Of a DNA stretch of 64,000 nucleotides, positions 49,240 to 58,038 are shown piece after piece. The position numbers and the translations under genes were made by a program. Where the stretch lies: the NCBI GenBank assembly GCA_045046875.1, contig JASFYY010000078.1, positions 1-64,000 of the forward strand, in the 5' to 3' direction. Source of the stretch: Verrucomicrobiota bacterium (lineage in GTDB: Bacteria; Verrucomicrobiota; Verrucomicrobiia; Verrucomicrobiales; DEV007). Numbering within the stretch: the first letter of the stretch is position 1; each line of letters starts with the position of its first letter. Under the pieces are notes generated by a model, which was not told the origin of the DNA, did not search any database, and saw only the letters and a program-made list of their open reading frames with translations.

Positions 49240-50384
49240 ATCAAAATTGGGCAAAACGGGTGATCAAGAGTGTGATTCTGATCTTATTTTTGGAAGTGAC
49301 GGGTTTCAGTTATGGAGAACAGGCGTTTACTTTGGTGGGATTGATACGTGACGACGAGGCGTTGAATCGGGCGCATGACGTGGAATTACAGGGCAACATT
49401 GCCTACGTGCCGGGCAAGGGAGGTTCGCTGGCGATCATCGATGTGAGTGATGTGACCAAGCCGGAGCTGTTGTCTTCGCTGTTTGGAATGGAAGGGATGG
49501 AGGATGCGGAAACGGTTTTGCCGATGGGGGATATTCTACTCGTTGGCACGCGGGATTTTCTGGCGGTGGATGTCAGTGATCCGCGTGCGCCGAAGATTGT
49601 GAAACGAATTTCTGATCGTCCACGGATTGACTATATCAATGGCATGGCCCGGCGTGGGCAGGTGGTTTTTACGGCTAACAAAAGTGGTTATGTGGGGGTG
49701 TTTGATGTGAGTGATCCGCGGGATCCGAAATTGAAAGAGGTGCTCGATACGAAAAAATACGGAGATATGAGTAAACCGCATGATGTGGCGACTTTCGGGG
49801 ATCATATCATTGTGGTGAATGCCGGTCATGAGGATGTGAATCATGCGCAGATTTATCGAGTGGCGGATGGGAAGACGCACAAGTTATTGCCTGTGACTGA
49901 GTGGAAAATCGAAAGCACGATCACGGGCAATGGCAAACTCAGTGAGCACTTGGGCGGAGCTAACCGCGTAGCGGTTACCGGGTCGTATGCAGGCATTGGA
50001 GCTTTCATTGCTAGCCGGGTGGGAGTGGTGGATCTGAGTAATCCTAAAAAAGCGAAGCAGATTGCTAATTTGCCTGCGGCGGATGTGGCAGCTACGGGCA
50101 TGACAGCGGTTGGGCAGATTTTGTTTGTGGCCGGCGGCGAAGGGGTGGAGGCGATTGATATTTCGAATCCAGCGCGGCCGGTATCGATTGCGCAGTATCG
50201 TGCTGGTAAATTATTCCCCACTCGCCGTCTGATGTTGGGGAAAACGCCACGTTTTGATAACGCGCATGACTTGGTCTATCGCGATGGCTACTTATACGTG
50301 ACCGCCCAGAATGACAATCAGTTGGGGATTCTGAAAGTGAACGATGTCCGGGTATTGGAACTGGTGGCGAAAAAGATGGAGTGA
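49233..50384 (+). CDS. LVIVD-repeat beta-propeller protein
   Basis: Repeated L.I[IV]DVSDP..P units; signal peptide; start uncertain. Confidence 0.85.
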   Translation: MYNQNWAKRVIKSVILILFLEVTGFSYGEQAFTLVGLIRDDEALNRAHDVELQGNIAYVPGKGGSLAIIDVSDVTKPELLSSLFGMEGMEDAETVLPMGDILLVGTRDFLAVDVSDPRAPKIVKRISDRPRIDYINGMARRGQVVFTANKSGYVGVFDVSDPRDPKLKEVLDTKKYGDMSKPHDVATFGDHIIVVNAGHEDVNHAQIYRVADGKTHKLLPVTEWKIESTITGNGKLSEHLGGANRVAVTGSYAGIGAFIASRVGVVDLSNPKKAKQIANLPAADVAATGMTAVGQILFVAGGEGVEAIDISNPARPVSIAQYRAGKLFPTRRLMLGKTPRFDNAHDLVYRDGYLYVTAQNDNQLGILKVNDVRVLELVAKKME

Positions 50385-51994
50385 ACTATGCTTCATCAAT
50401 GAGAAGCGGTGTGTTTATTTTGGTCATGGTCTGGGCTGTTCTGCATAGAGTCAGCGCGGCTGAGGAAGTAGCGAGCGAGTGGAATCAAGGTGGTGGGCCG
50501 GAGGCTAATTTTGTAGTGACGGGTGGCCGGGCGCCATTGAGCTGGAGTGTGGTTCGTGATGAAAACATTGCCTGGAAGTTGACTTTGCCGGAGACGGGTC
50601 AAAGCACGGTGGTGGTGGCCAAAGGAAAAGCATTTTTCAGCATCATGAAACCGGTCGAGGAAGATTCGACATTGGGGCAAAACATCATTGCCTATTGCTG
50701 CGATGCAGAGACGGGCAAGGTGTTGTGGAGACGGGAAATTGTGGGTAAACACCCACTGCGACTTTCCGGTTGTTTCAGCGATAGTTCTTCGCCGCCTCCT
50801 GTGACGGATGGGAAGCGTATTTGTTTTTTTAACGCCTCAGGCACGATTGCCTGTTTTGACTTGGATGGTAAAAAGTTGTGGTCAGTGGAACGACTGGTGG
50901 TGGGGCGCACCCAGCCTTTTTTGCGAGGGGGCCTGGTGCATTACATTCGGCAGATCTATCCTCCGGATGGGGAAGGGCATTTTACTCATGAGCATAAGGA
51001 TGCACCGTTGAATCAATGGACACAATTGCAGGCGGCTGACCTCAAGACGGGCAGGGTGATGTGGACGACAAATTGTGGGGTCAACATGGGCTCGATTCCC
51101 TTACCGCAGAAACTCAGTGATGGACGCGAAGTGGTTTTTGTGGGCCGTGGGGGTGGCCATTCTCCACCAGAAAAACCGGAGGGAGTTTCGATGGTGGATT
51201 TGAAAGACGGCAAGACTATTTGGACGCTATCGCTTGCAGGATTCATGGCAACGCAAAGCATCACGGTGCATGGGGGGCTTGCGTTGATTTATCACGGCAG
51301 TGATCTGTTGAAAGTGGATGTGGCTACAGGCAAGACCACCAAACGCATTTCGATCGTGCAGAACATTTCAGCACGTCTGTATCGTGGGGGGGGATGGGCG
51401 TCGGAAAGGGTGTCGATGAAAGCGAGTGAAAAGGGCCGAATGATCACTCAGCAGTCGAATTTGCTGGTGGGGGATTACAGTTATTTTCGTAATTACCTGT
51501 TCAATTATCTAGGGCGGGTAAATCTGCTTACGAATGAGGTGGAATATTTGCAATTGCCGGTGCAACTCGTGCGGCGGCAGGCGGAAGGTAAAGGGGACAT
51601 AGATTTGCTTCTTTGGGGGTCGAAGGGATCCATTGCCCCGTGGGGAAAGAAAAAGAAAAAGGGGCAGCTCAAGCAAAACTATTGGTCACTGGTTCACAAT
51701 GAGATGAAAAACTCGCGTGGATTCGAAGTGATGGGGGATGAACGTTCACGCGGCAATGGTTGGGGGCATGTGGCAAGCCAGATACCGACGGTGATCGGTG
51801 ATTATCTGTATGTGCCGGTGATGAATGGCACCGTGTATGTGATAAAATGGAAGGTGGATAAGCTCGATGAAAGAGCCTTGGTATCGATCAATGATCTGGG
51901 GCCAGCTGGTCAGGCCTGGACTCGAGCCAGTTTGAGTTTTGCCAACGGCCGGATCTACGCCCACACCATCAAAGAGGTGATTTGCATCAAGTAG
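50381..51994 (+). CDS. PQQ-binding-like beta-propeller protein
   Basis: W.Q.GGP, WKLTLP..GQS, C.DAETGKVLW, CFDLDGKKLW, D.KTG..W repeats. Confidence 0.85.
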   Translation: MNYASSMRSGVFILVMVWAVLHRVSAAEEVASEWNQGGGPEANFVVTGGRAPLSWSVVRDENIAWKLTLPETGQSTVVVAKGKAFFSIMKPVEEDSTLGQNIIAYCCDAETGKVLWRREIVGKHPLRLSGCFSDSSSPPPVTDGKRICFFNASGTIACFDLDGKKLWSVERLVVGRTQPFLRGGLVHYIRQIYPPDGEGHFTHEHKDAPLNQWTQLQAADLKTGRVMWTTNCGVNMGSIPLPQKLSDGREVVFVGRGGGHSPPEKPEGVSMVDLKDGKTIWTLSLAGFMATQSITVHGGLALIYHGSDLLKVDVATGKTTKRISIVQNISARLYRGGGWASERVSMKASEKGRMITQQSNLLVGDYSYFRNYLFNYLGRVNLLTNEVEYLQLPVQLVRRQAEGKGDIDLLLWGSKGSIAPWGKKKKKGQLKQNYWSLVHNEMKNSRGFEVMGDERSRGNGWGHVASQIPTVIGDYLYVPVMNGTVYVIKWKVDKLDERALVSINDLGPAGQAWTRASLSFANGRIYAHTIKEVICIK

Positions 51995-51996
51995 CC

Positions 51997-54081
51997 TCAC
52001 TTTTCAATCACCAGTCCTTTATCAGGATCTGGTCTGGCGATCATCACGCTACCACCCCTTTTATCTCCTTTACCCGATCCACGGGCGATCAGAAATCGGC
52101 CCTTCGAAATTCCGACAATTCCCATCCCGCAATCAAAATCGTAACGACCCTCGAGTTGAAAATTCTTGTCGGTTTTGAGCAATTGTTTTCCATAACAACC
52201 AAACCACCAATGTCCGTCGTGGTAGGCCAGGGTCTGCACTCCGAGTTGGGTGTAACCACTTTTGATCACATGTTGCTCGATGAACTTGAAGTCGGGGGTG
52301 TAGCTGTAGGCGTAATTTTCCGTAATTCCTTCGGGCAATCCTCCAATCACAACAAAAATGCCGTCATGGTAAGCCATGCCGCCCGCGCCGTGAACCACTT
52401 CGGGAACGGGATGTTTCGAGATTAGAGAAAGATCATTCGCATTGTAAACATAAACCCAGGAATCCGCCCTGCCTGCAGGTTTGTTGAAGCTGCCCAGATT
52501 GACTGCCACATAAATTTTGCCGTCGTGATAACACAGATCGCCGTGATGTATAGGCACTTCGATTTTTTTGAGGACATGTCCTTTTGCGTCCGTCTTGACC
52601 AGAGTCGAGGTGAAGGGCCAATAGATCGCGCCGTTTTCATCCGTGCAGATACCTTGCAGGTGATGGCGATAGATTCCTTCGCACTGGATGTTGTCGGGAC
52701 TGTTCGTTTTCTCATAGGCACCGATGTCGTATGCTTTTCCCTGGGGTCGCGTGTTTCCATCAAAATCAGAGTTGGGAGCTTTTTCGGAGGAGCCTCTGTC
52801 GATGGCGGGAGAATCTTTTTGCAGGCGAAAATCCGCCAAGGCGGCATTGACGAATTTGGGATCACCTTTCACCGCATTTCTACCGCGAATCCGGATCTCG
52901 GGTGCAGGGCCAAACAGGTTGTGATCCATGGTCAGGTCTGCATCTTTTAAACTGCCAAGATTGATCGCCGCTCGGCCTTTGCTGGAGAAAATGTTGTTGC
53001 GGATAGTCAAGTTCTTGAAATTTTCTTTAACTTCCGTCATGCGCACTGCCAGTTCGTTGTTGTGAAAGGTGTTGTTGATCAAGCTGATATCTTTTTTCAA
53101 ATGAGTTCCCGGCTTTTCGTAATGATGAATCGAAAACCCGTGGCGGTTGTCATAGATCAGGTTGTTGTAGATTTTGATATTTGTCAGGCTGCCGCCGAGT
53201 TCGGTTGCCAGACTGATGCCACTCTTGGCGTCGTGAATGGTATTCTGGTAAATCTCGATATTTTTTCCTTCAGTGCGGCTGGAGTCGATATAAATACCCA
53301 CTGCAAATTTGGTGTAAAAATCATGTACGTGGTTGTGATGGATTTTCCCATTTGTGCTACCCTCTTTGGCATCGATGCCTTCTTTGTGGATGTGATGAAC
53401 GTGGTTGTTCATGATTTCGAAGCCGTTTACACCACAAAGCGAGATCGCTTCCTGACTGCCACTCATATTGGTCTCAGTGATCTCGTTACCGTCAATGACG
53501 ATGTCAGAAATGCTCCAGCGAGCTTTATTGAACCAGGCATGGACGGCGCTGGAATGGCATTTTTTAAAATGATTTTTTTCAATCGAGATGTGATTGACAT
53601 TGCCTCTGATCTCGATGCCAAAATAGGCAGAGTTGGTGAAGTTCAGTTCAGAAATTTTTATATAGCTGGTGCCATTGATATGAAATAGCCCTGCCCAATT
53701 ATAGGCAATGCCCGCCCCATCGATGGTGGCACGTTCGCCAGGGTAGGAGGTGTAAGTGATATAGGCTCCCGGCTTGCCGGGGTTCTTCGGGAGCACTCGT
53801 TCATTGTAGGAACCTTCTCTGATGAAAACGGTGTCGCCGGCGATCAGGGTGTCGGCGGCGTGCTGGATGCTTTTCCACGGTTTAACTTCTGAACCGGAGG
53901 CGTTGTCATTCCCCTGCGGAGAGACATAATAATCAGCGGCATTTACAAAGCCGATGCTGGTGCTTAGGAAAAGAAGAAGAGTGCAGGGCAGGCGGAGCGC
54001 CCGCCCTACAAAGGCTGTCCATGAGGCAGGGAGGATTGTAGCGCGAGCGCTTCGCTTGCCTCGATTGGGAGTGGGCATCAT
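51997..54081 (-). CDS. Right-handed beta-helix protein fused to a C-terminal propeller-like domain
   Basis: YYVSP.GND..SGS..PWKSIQ.A, repeated I.NN.I units, DP.F..DFRL..SPAID.G..DIGAYE; C-terminal HHLQG..HHGD..HGAGG. Confidence 0.85.
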   Translation of the reverse strand: MMPTPNRGKRSARATILPASWTAFVGRALRLPCTLLLFLSTSIGFVNAADYYVSPQGNDNASGSEVKPWKSIQHAADTLIAGDTVFIREGSYNERVLPKNPGKPGAYITYTSYPGERATIDGAGIAYNWAGLFHINGTSYIKISELNFTNSAYFGIEIRGNVNHISIEKNHFKKCHSSAVHAWFNKARWSISDIVIDGNEITETNMSGSQEAISLCGVNGFEIMNNHVHHIHKEGIDAKEGSTNGKIHHNHVHDFYTKFAVGIYIDSSRTEGKNIEIYQNTIHDAKSGISLATELGGSLTNIKIYNNLIYDNRHGFSIHHYEKPGTHLKKDISLINNTFHNNELAVRMTEVKENFKNLTIRNNIFSSKGRAAINLGSLKDADLTMDHNLFGPAPEIRIRGRNAVKGDPKFVNAALADFRLQKDSPAIDRGSSEKAPNSDFDGNTRPQGKAYDIGAYEKTNSPDNIQCEGIYRHHLQGICTDENGAIYWPFTSTLVKTDAKGHVLKKIEVPIHHGDLCYHDGKIYVAVNLGSFNKPAGRADSWVYVYNANDLSLISKHPVPEVVHGAGGMAYHDGIFVVIGGLPEGITENYAYSYTPDFKFIEQHVIKSGYTQLGVQTLAYHDGHWWFGCYGKQLLKTDKNFQLEGRYDFDCGMGIVGISKGRFLIARGSGKGDKRGGSVMIARPDPDKGLVIEK
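53987..54060. repeat. GTAG-type REP doublet inside the signal-peptide coding region
   Basis: GGCAGGCGGAGCGCCCGCCCTAC-N28-GTAGCGCGAGCGCTTCGCTTGCC. Confidence 0.85.
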
Positions 54082-55637
54082 TTGGATTTTTTCTTTTTTT
54101 TGCGTGGTTTTGATTTAGGAATCACCGGTGGAGTTAGCCCGTCATCAGGCTGATTCCACAAACGATAAGGATCGTTCAAGCGGCGTTGTTCGCTGAGCAG
54201 CAGGGCTTCCATTTCGGCGAGTTTGTCAGCGTAGGCGGGATCTTCGGCGAGGTCGCGTTGGTTCTTTTTGGGAGTGTTGCCAGTGAGTTTGATGGTCGCG
54301 GGATCGTGGTGTTCGGTGAGCAATTCGTTGGGGTTCTCTGCCAGGTTGAAGAGTTGGGTCTCCCGGACGGAACCATCCATGACGTCATATTTGATGAGTT
54401 TCCAATCGCCCTTTTTGACACTGCGCATTCCCGGCTTGGTGCCGCCGCAGTAAACGCCGTAGAGCACGTCGCGAACGATGTCTTTTTTGCCTTCGAGCAC
54501 CGGTTTGAAACTGAGGCCTTCGCTGCTATCAGGTTTGCTCACTCCGGCGAGGTCACAGATCGTGCTGAGCACATCAAGCAGGTAGATGTTGCCTTTGGCG
54601 CGTGATCCCGGAGCGATGCCAGGGCCTTTGACGATGAAAGGGACACGCCAGGTGTGTTCGTAGAGGTTTTGTTTGCCTTGCAAACCGTGACGTCCGATGG
54701 CGATGCCGTGGTCGGAGGTGTAGAAGATGTATGTATTGTCGAGCTCGCCCATTTTTTTGAGTTGCTTGAGAACTCGTCCGATCTGGTTGTCGATGTTTTC
54801 GGCGCAGGCGTACTCGCGACCGAGTTCATTGCGGATGGTGCGTTCGTCGCGATTTTTCCAGACGCCACTGACCGCTACTTCGTCGCGCAGTCCGGGGTGG
54901 CCGTGATGGAAGGGGTGTCCGGGCAGGTAGTTGACTTGCAGGGCGGGCTGTTTGGGGTTGGCGGCTGGCAGCACGTTTTTGTCGGTGTGATTGCTGGCAC
55001 CGTATTTTGCCAGCAACTCGGGTGTGCCGTCGCGGGTGTCGTGCGGGTGGGAGAAGCCGTAGTAGATCAGGAAAGGTTTGCGGTCTTTTTGTTGGGCGCG
55101 ATCACCGAGGTAGTCGATGATTTGTTCGCCGTGCCAGGCGCTGCCGCTTTCCGTGGTGCCGCCACGTTTGGTGGAGTCATTGCGGATGGTGAATTGTTGG
55201 TTGGCGTCTTCGTAAGAGTTGCCGTTTTTGCATGTGCGTACGGTGTCGTATCCAGCACGGTTGAAGACCGCTGCCATGGTATGGTTGGCGAGGTCGGTGG
55301 GAACCAGTTTGGGTTTTTTGACATTCGGGTTGCTGGTGCGGCCGCGTTTGTCGGGGATGTGCCAGACGGATCGACCGGACATGATCATGTGGCGTGACGC
55401 GGTGCAGACAGCGCCCACCCAGGAACCCATTTGATGCGCGCCATCAAAGGTCATGCCTTGTGCGGAGAGCTGGTCGAGGTTGGGGGTGTCGAGCGGAGAT
55501 TTGGGGTCGTAGGCTTTTAGGTCATAGGGGGATTGATCATCGACGAGGATGAACAGAATGTTGGGGCGCTCTGCGGATAGCAGGGTGGAGAGGGATAGTT
55601 GAATTAGAAGGGCGGTGAGCAGTGTGAGGTGTTTCAT
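54078..55637 (-). CDS. Sulfatase (choline-sulfatase-like)
   Basis: PNILFILVDD, CTASR, PHD, SDHG, GKQNLYE; ATG 55637 gives a normal signal peptide. Confidence 0.9.
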   Translation of the reverse strand: MKHLTLLTALLIQLSLSTLLSAERPNILFILVDDQSPYDLKAYDPKSPLDTPNLDQLSAQGMTFDGAHQMGSWVGAVCTASRHMIMSGRSVWHIPDKRGRTSNPNVKKPKLVPTDLANHTMAAVFNRAGYDTVRTCKNGNSYEDANQQFTIRNDSTKRGGTTESGSAWHGEQIIDYLGDRAQQKDRKPFLIYYGFSHPHDTRDGTPELLAKYGASNHTDKNVLPAANPKQPALQVNYLPGHPFHHGHPGLRDEVAVSGVWKNRDERTIRNELGREYACAENIDNQIGRVLKQLKKMGELDNTYIFYTSDHGIAIGRHGLQGKQNLYEHTWRVPFIVKGPGIAPGSRAKGNIYLLDVLSTICDLAGVSKPDSSEGLSFKPVLEGKKDIVRDVLYGVYCGGTKPGMRSVKKGDWKLIKYDVMDGSVRETQLFNLAENPNELLTEHHDPATIKLTGNTPKKNQRDLAEDPAYADKLAEMEALLLSEQRRLNDPYRLWNQPDDGLTPPVIPKSKPRKKKKKSK

Positions 55638-55712
55638 GGTTATAATTGTTATTAAATTGGTGGGTGTGGGGGGTAATGGTTTGGCGCGGGTTGGAGGGTG
55701 GTTCGGGGGATA

Positions 55713-55735
55713 CACGGATTGCCAATCCGTGCTAC
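55713..55735 (-). repeat. Single GTAG-REP
   Basis: Reverse complement GTAG-CACGGATT-GGC-AATCCGTG; same family as 21344 and 24959. Confidence 0.75.
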
Positions 55736-55742
55736 GTGGATT

Positions 55743-57272
55743 TTAGTGACTGCGGCCGTTTTCGATCAAACTGGCGAGTTGTTTTTTTAGGCGTTGTGCA
55801 ACATCCGGGTGCTGCTTGATGACGTTGTGTTTTTCCGCCGGGTCTTTTGATAAATCATAGAGTTGAAATTTTGGCACCGGCGTGTTTTCGAGTTGTTTGG
55901 CGACTTCCAGATTGCGGGTGCGTTTTTTGTCGTGACGTTGTAATTTCCAATTTCCGACAAGGAAGCCGTAATTGCCGGCGTTGCCGTTGTCTTGTTGAAT
56001 GAGCGACTCACGTCCTTTGGCGTCGGCTTGTCCAAGTAAGGCGGGTAATACGTTGAAACTGTCGAGGTAGGCATTGTTAGGTATGGGGGTTTGGGTCAGT
56101 TCAGCGAAGCTGGCAGCGAGATCGATGGTGCAGACCATTTTGTCTGATACTCCGGGTTGGATTTTGCCTTTCCAGCGAGTGATGAAGGGGGTGCGGGTGC
56201 CGCCTTCATAAACACTGTATTTGCCGCCGGAGTAAGGACCGGATGCGCGGTGATCTCCGAGTTTTTCAATCGCAAAATCCTTGTAGCCGTCATCCATCAC
56301 CGGGCCGTTGTCGGAGCAGAAAATCACCAGGGTGTTTTCTGCCAGATTGAGGCGGTCGAGGGTTTTCATCAGCTCGCCGACCCCCCAGTCGAGTTCGACG
56401 ATGGCATCCCCGCGGAAGCCGAGCGGGGTTTTGCCCTGGAACCGTTCGTGCGGCATGCGCGGCACATGCAGGTCGTGTGAGGCGAAGAAGAGGAAGAAGG
56501 GTTGGTTTTTATTGGCTTCGATCCGCTCGACTGATTTCTCGACCCACTTGTCGGTGAGGTCTTCATCGCGGAAACGCGCGGCGTGACCACCGGTGTAAAA
56601 CCCGATGCGGCTGATGCCGTTGTGAATGGTTGAGTTGTGTCCGTGCGACCAGTCCATTTTCAGGGTGTCGCGATGGCTGATACCGGTCGGGTGATCCGGG
56701 CTGGGTTTTTTCTTACCGACCCACAGCGGGTCCTTGGGATCGAGATTGAGAACCCGGTGGTTCTCGACATAAACCTGGGGCACGCGATCGTTGGTGGTGG
56801 GTAGGAGGAAGTTGTAGTCGAAGCCGATTTCGCGTGGTCCGGGTTTGAGCTCACCGTTCCAGTCAGGACCTGCTTTGCCGCCGAGTCCAAGGTGCCATTT
56901 GCCGATCACCGCGGTTTGGTAGCCTGCCTTTTTGAGCAGATCTGGCAAGGTGAAGGTGTCGGGAGGAATGATCAGCGGGCTGTTGGGGGCGGCGATGCCC
57001 TTGCCTTTTTCGCGGAAAGCGTAGGTGCCGGTGAGGAAGGAGAAGCGGGTAGGGGTGCAGGTCGAGGCCGAGCAGTAACCGCTGGTGAAGCGTTGGCCCT
57101 CGGCGGCGAGCCGGTCGATGTTGGGGGTTTTGAGCGCGGTGGCACCGTAGCAGGAAATGTCGCCGTAACCGAGGTCATCGGCCATGATGACGATGATATT
57201 GGGTTTGTCCTGGGCGGAGAGAAAATGGGTGGCAGCAAGAATCAGGCCGCAGATAGTGAGGGATAAACGCAT
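55743..57272 (-). CDS. Arylsulfatase (FGly-dependent sulfatase)
   Basis: PNIIVIMADD, CTPTR, GKWHLG, SDNG, KYSVYEGGTR. Confidence 0.93.
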   Translation of the reverse strand: MRLSLTICGLILAATHFLSAQDKPNIIVIMADDLGYGDISCYGATALKTPNIDRLAAEGQRFTSGYCSASTCTPTRFSFLTGTYAFREKGKGIAAPNSPLIIPPDTFTLPDLLKKAGYQTAVIGKWHLGLGGKAGPDWNGELKPGPREIGFDYNFLLPTTNDRVPQVYVENHRVLNLDPKDPLWVGKKKPSPDHPTGISHRDTLKMDWSHGHNSTIHNGISRIGFYTGGHAARFRDEDLTDKWVEKSVERIEANKNQPFFLFFASHDLHVPRMPHERFQGKTPLGFRGDAIVELDWGVGELMKTLDRLNLAENTLVIFCSDNGPVMDDGYKDFAIEKLGDHRASGPYSGGKYSVYEGGTRTPFITRWKGKIQPGVSDKMVCTIDLAASFAELTQTPIPNNAYLDSFNVLPALLGQADAKGRESLIQQDNGNAGNYGFLVGNWKLQRHDKKRTRNLEVAKQLENTPVPKFQLYDLSKDPAEKHNVIKQHPDVAQRLKKQLASLIENGRSH

Positions 57273-57307
57273 GGTCGCAAAGCTAGCGAAAGGTGAGGGG
57301 AATGCAA

Positions 57308-58036
57308 TTAACGTGATTGCGGAGTGGGGTTTATGTCCCGGCGGCGGCGGAGGAAACCGATGGCTCCGAGCACGGTTACGGCGAGGGCGAGAAAATGGTA
57401 GCCGCTGAAGGGGCCGAGAATACGCGGGGTGGAGCGGATGAATTCGTGGCCGAAGCGGAACAGGCCGTAAGAGATGAGGTAAAGATGGAAGTGTTGGCCG
57501 GGCAGGAGTTGTCGTCGGCGCATGAAGAAGAATATGGCGGCGGCGGTGAGATTGAAAACTAATTCAGCGAGCGGGGCGGGCCAGCGGGGGATTCCAGATT
57601 GGTCGTTTAGAGTGAACCAGGCTGGGCTGCATTTTATCCCCAGGCAGCAGCCGTGTACGAGGCAGCCGATGCGACCGGCGGCGATGCCGAGCGGCACGGC
57701 GCTGGCAAACCAGTCGCCGGTGGGTTTGGCATAACCAGTGATCCATTTGCCGAACTCAACTCCGGCGTATCCGCCGAGCAAAGCGCCGAGGACGGTTTTG
57801 CCGCTGGCGAGGTAAATGAGGAAGTGAGGGTCGCTGCGGTAGAGCCAGCTTTCGGCTGCAAGGTAGCCGATTTTTGCTCCGGCAAAAGCAGCGACGATGC
57901 CGAAGGCGTAGATTTGCATCAGGCGATGGTCATCGCGGAATTTTTTCGACCACCACAGCGCGCCGAGCAGGATGCCGCCGAGCATGATGATGAGGTAAAC
58001 CGGGCTGCCGTTGCTGAGAATCTGGTGCCGGGTCAT
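57308..58036 (-). CDS. Non-canonical prolipoprotein diacylglyceryl transferase (Lgt) paralogue
   Basis: 242 aa, ~7 TM; GAKI, GKTVLGALLGG, D, GRIGC..GCC.G, RWP..LAE, YGLFRFGHEFIR; ATG lies 2 nt after the radical SAM stop. Confidence 0.85.
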   Translation of the reverse strand: MTRHQILSNGSPVYLIIMLGGILLGALWWSKKFRDDHRLMQIYAFGIVAAFAGAKIGYLAAESWLYRSDPHFLIYLASGKTVLGALLGGYAGVEFGKWITGYAKPTGDWFASAVPLGIAAGRIGCLVHGCCLGIKCSPAWFTLNDQSGIPRWPAPLAELVFNLTAAAIFFFMRRRQLLPGQHFHLYLISYGLFRFGHEFIRSTPRILGPFSGYHFLALAVTVLGAIGFLRRRRDINPTPQSR

Positions 58037-58038
58037 TT

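Noticed and set aside
54654..55397. 247-aa plus-strand ORF
   Set aside because: Antisense shadow of the sulfatase gene
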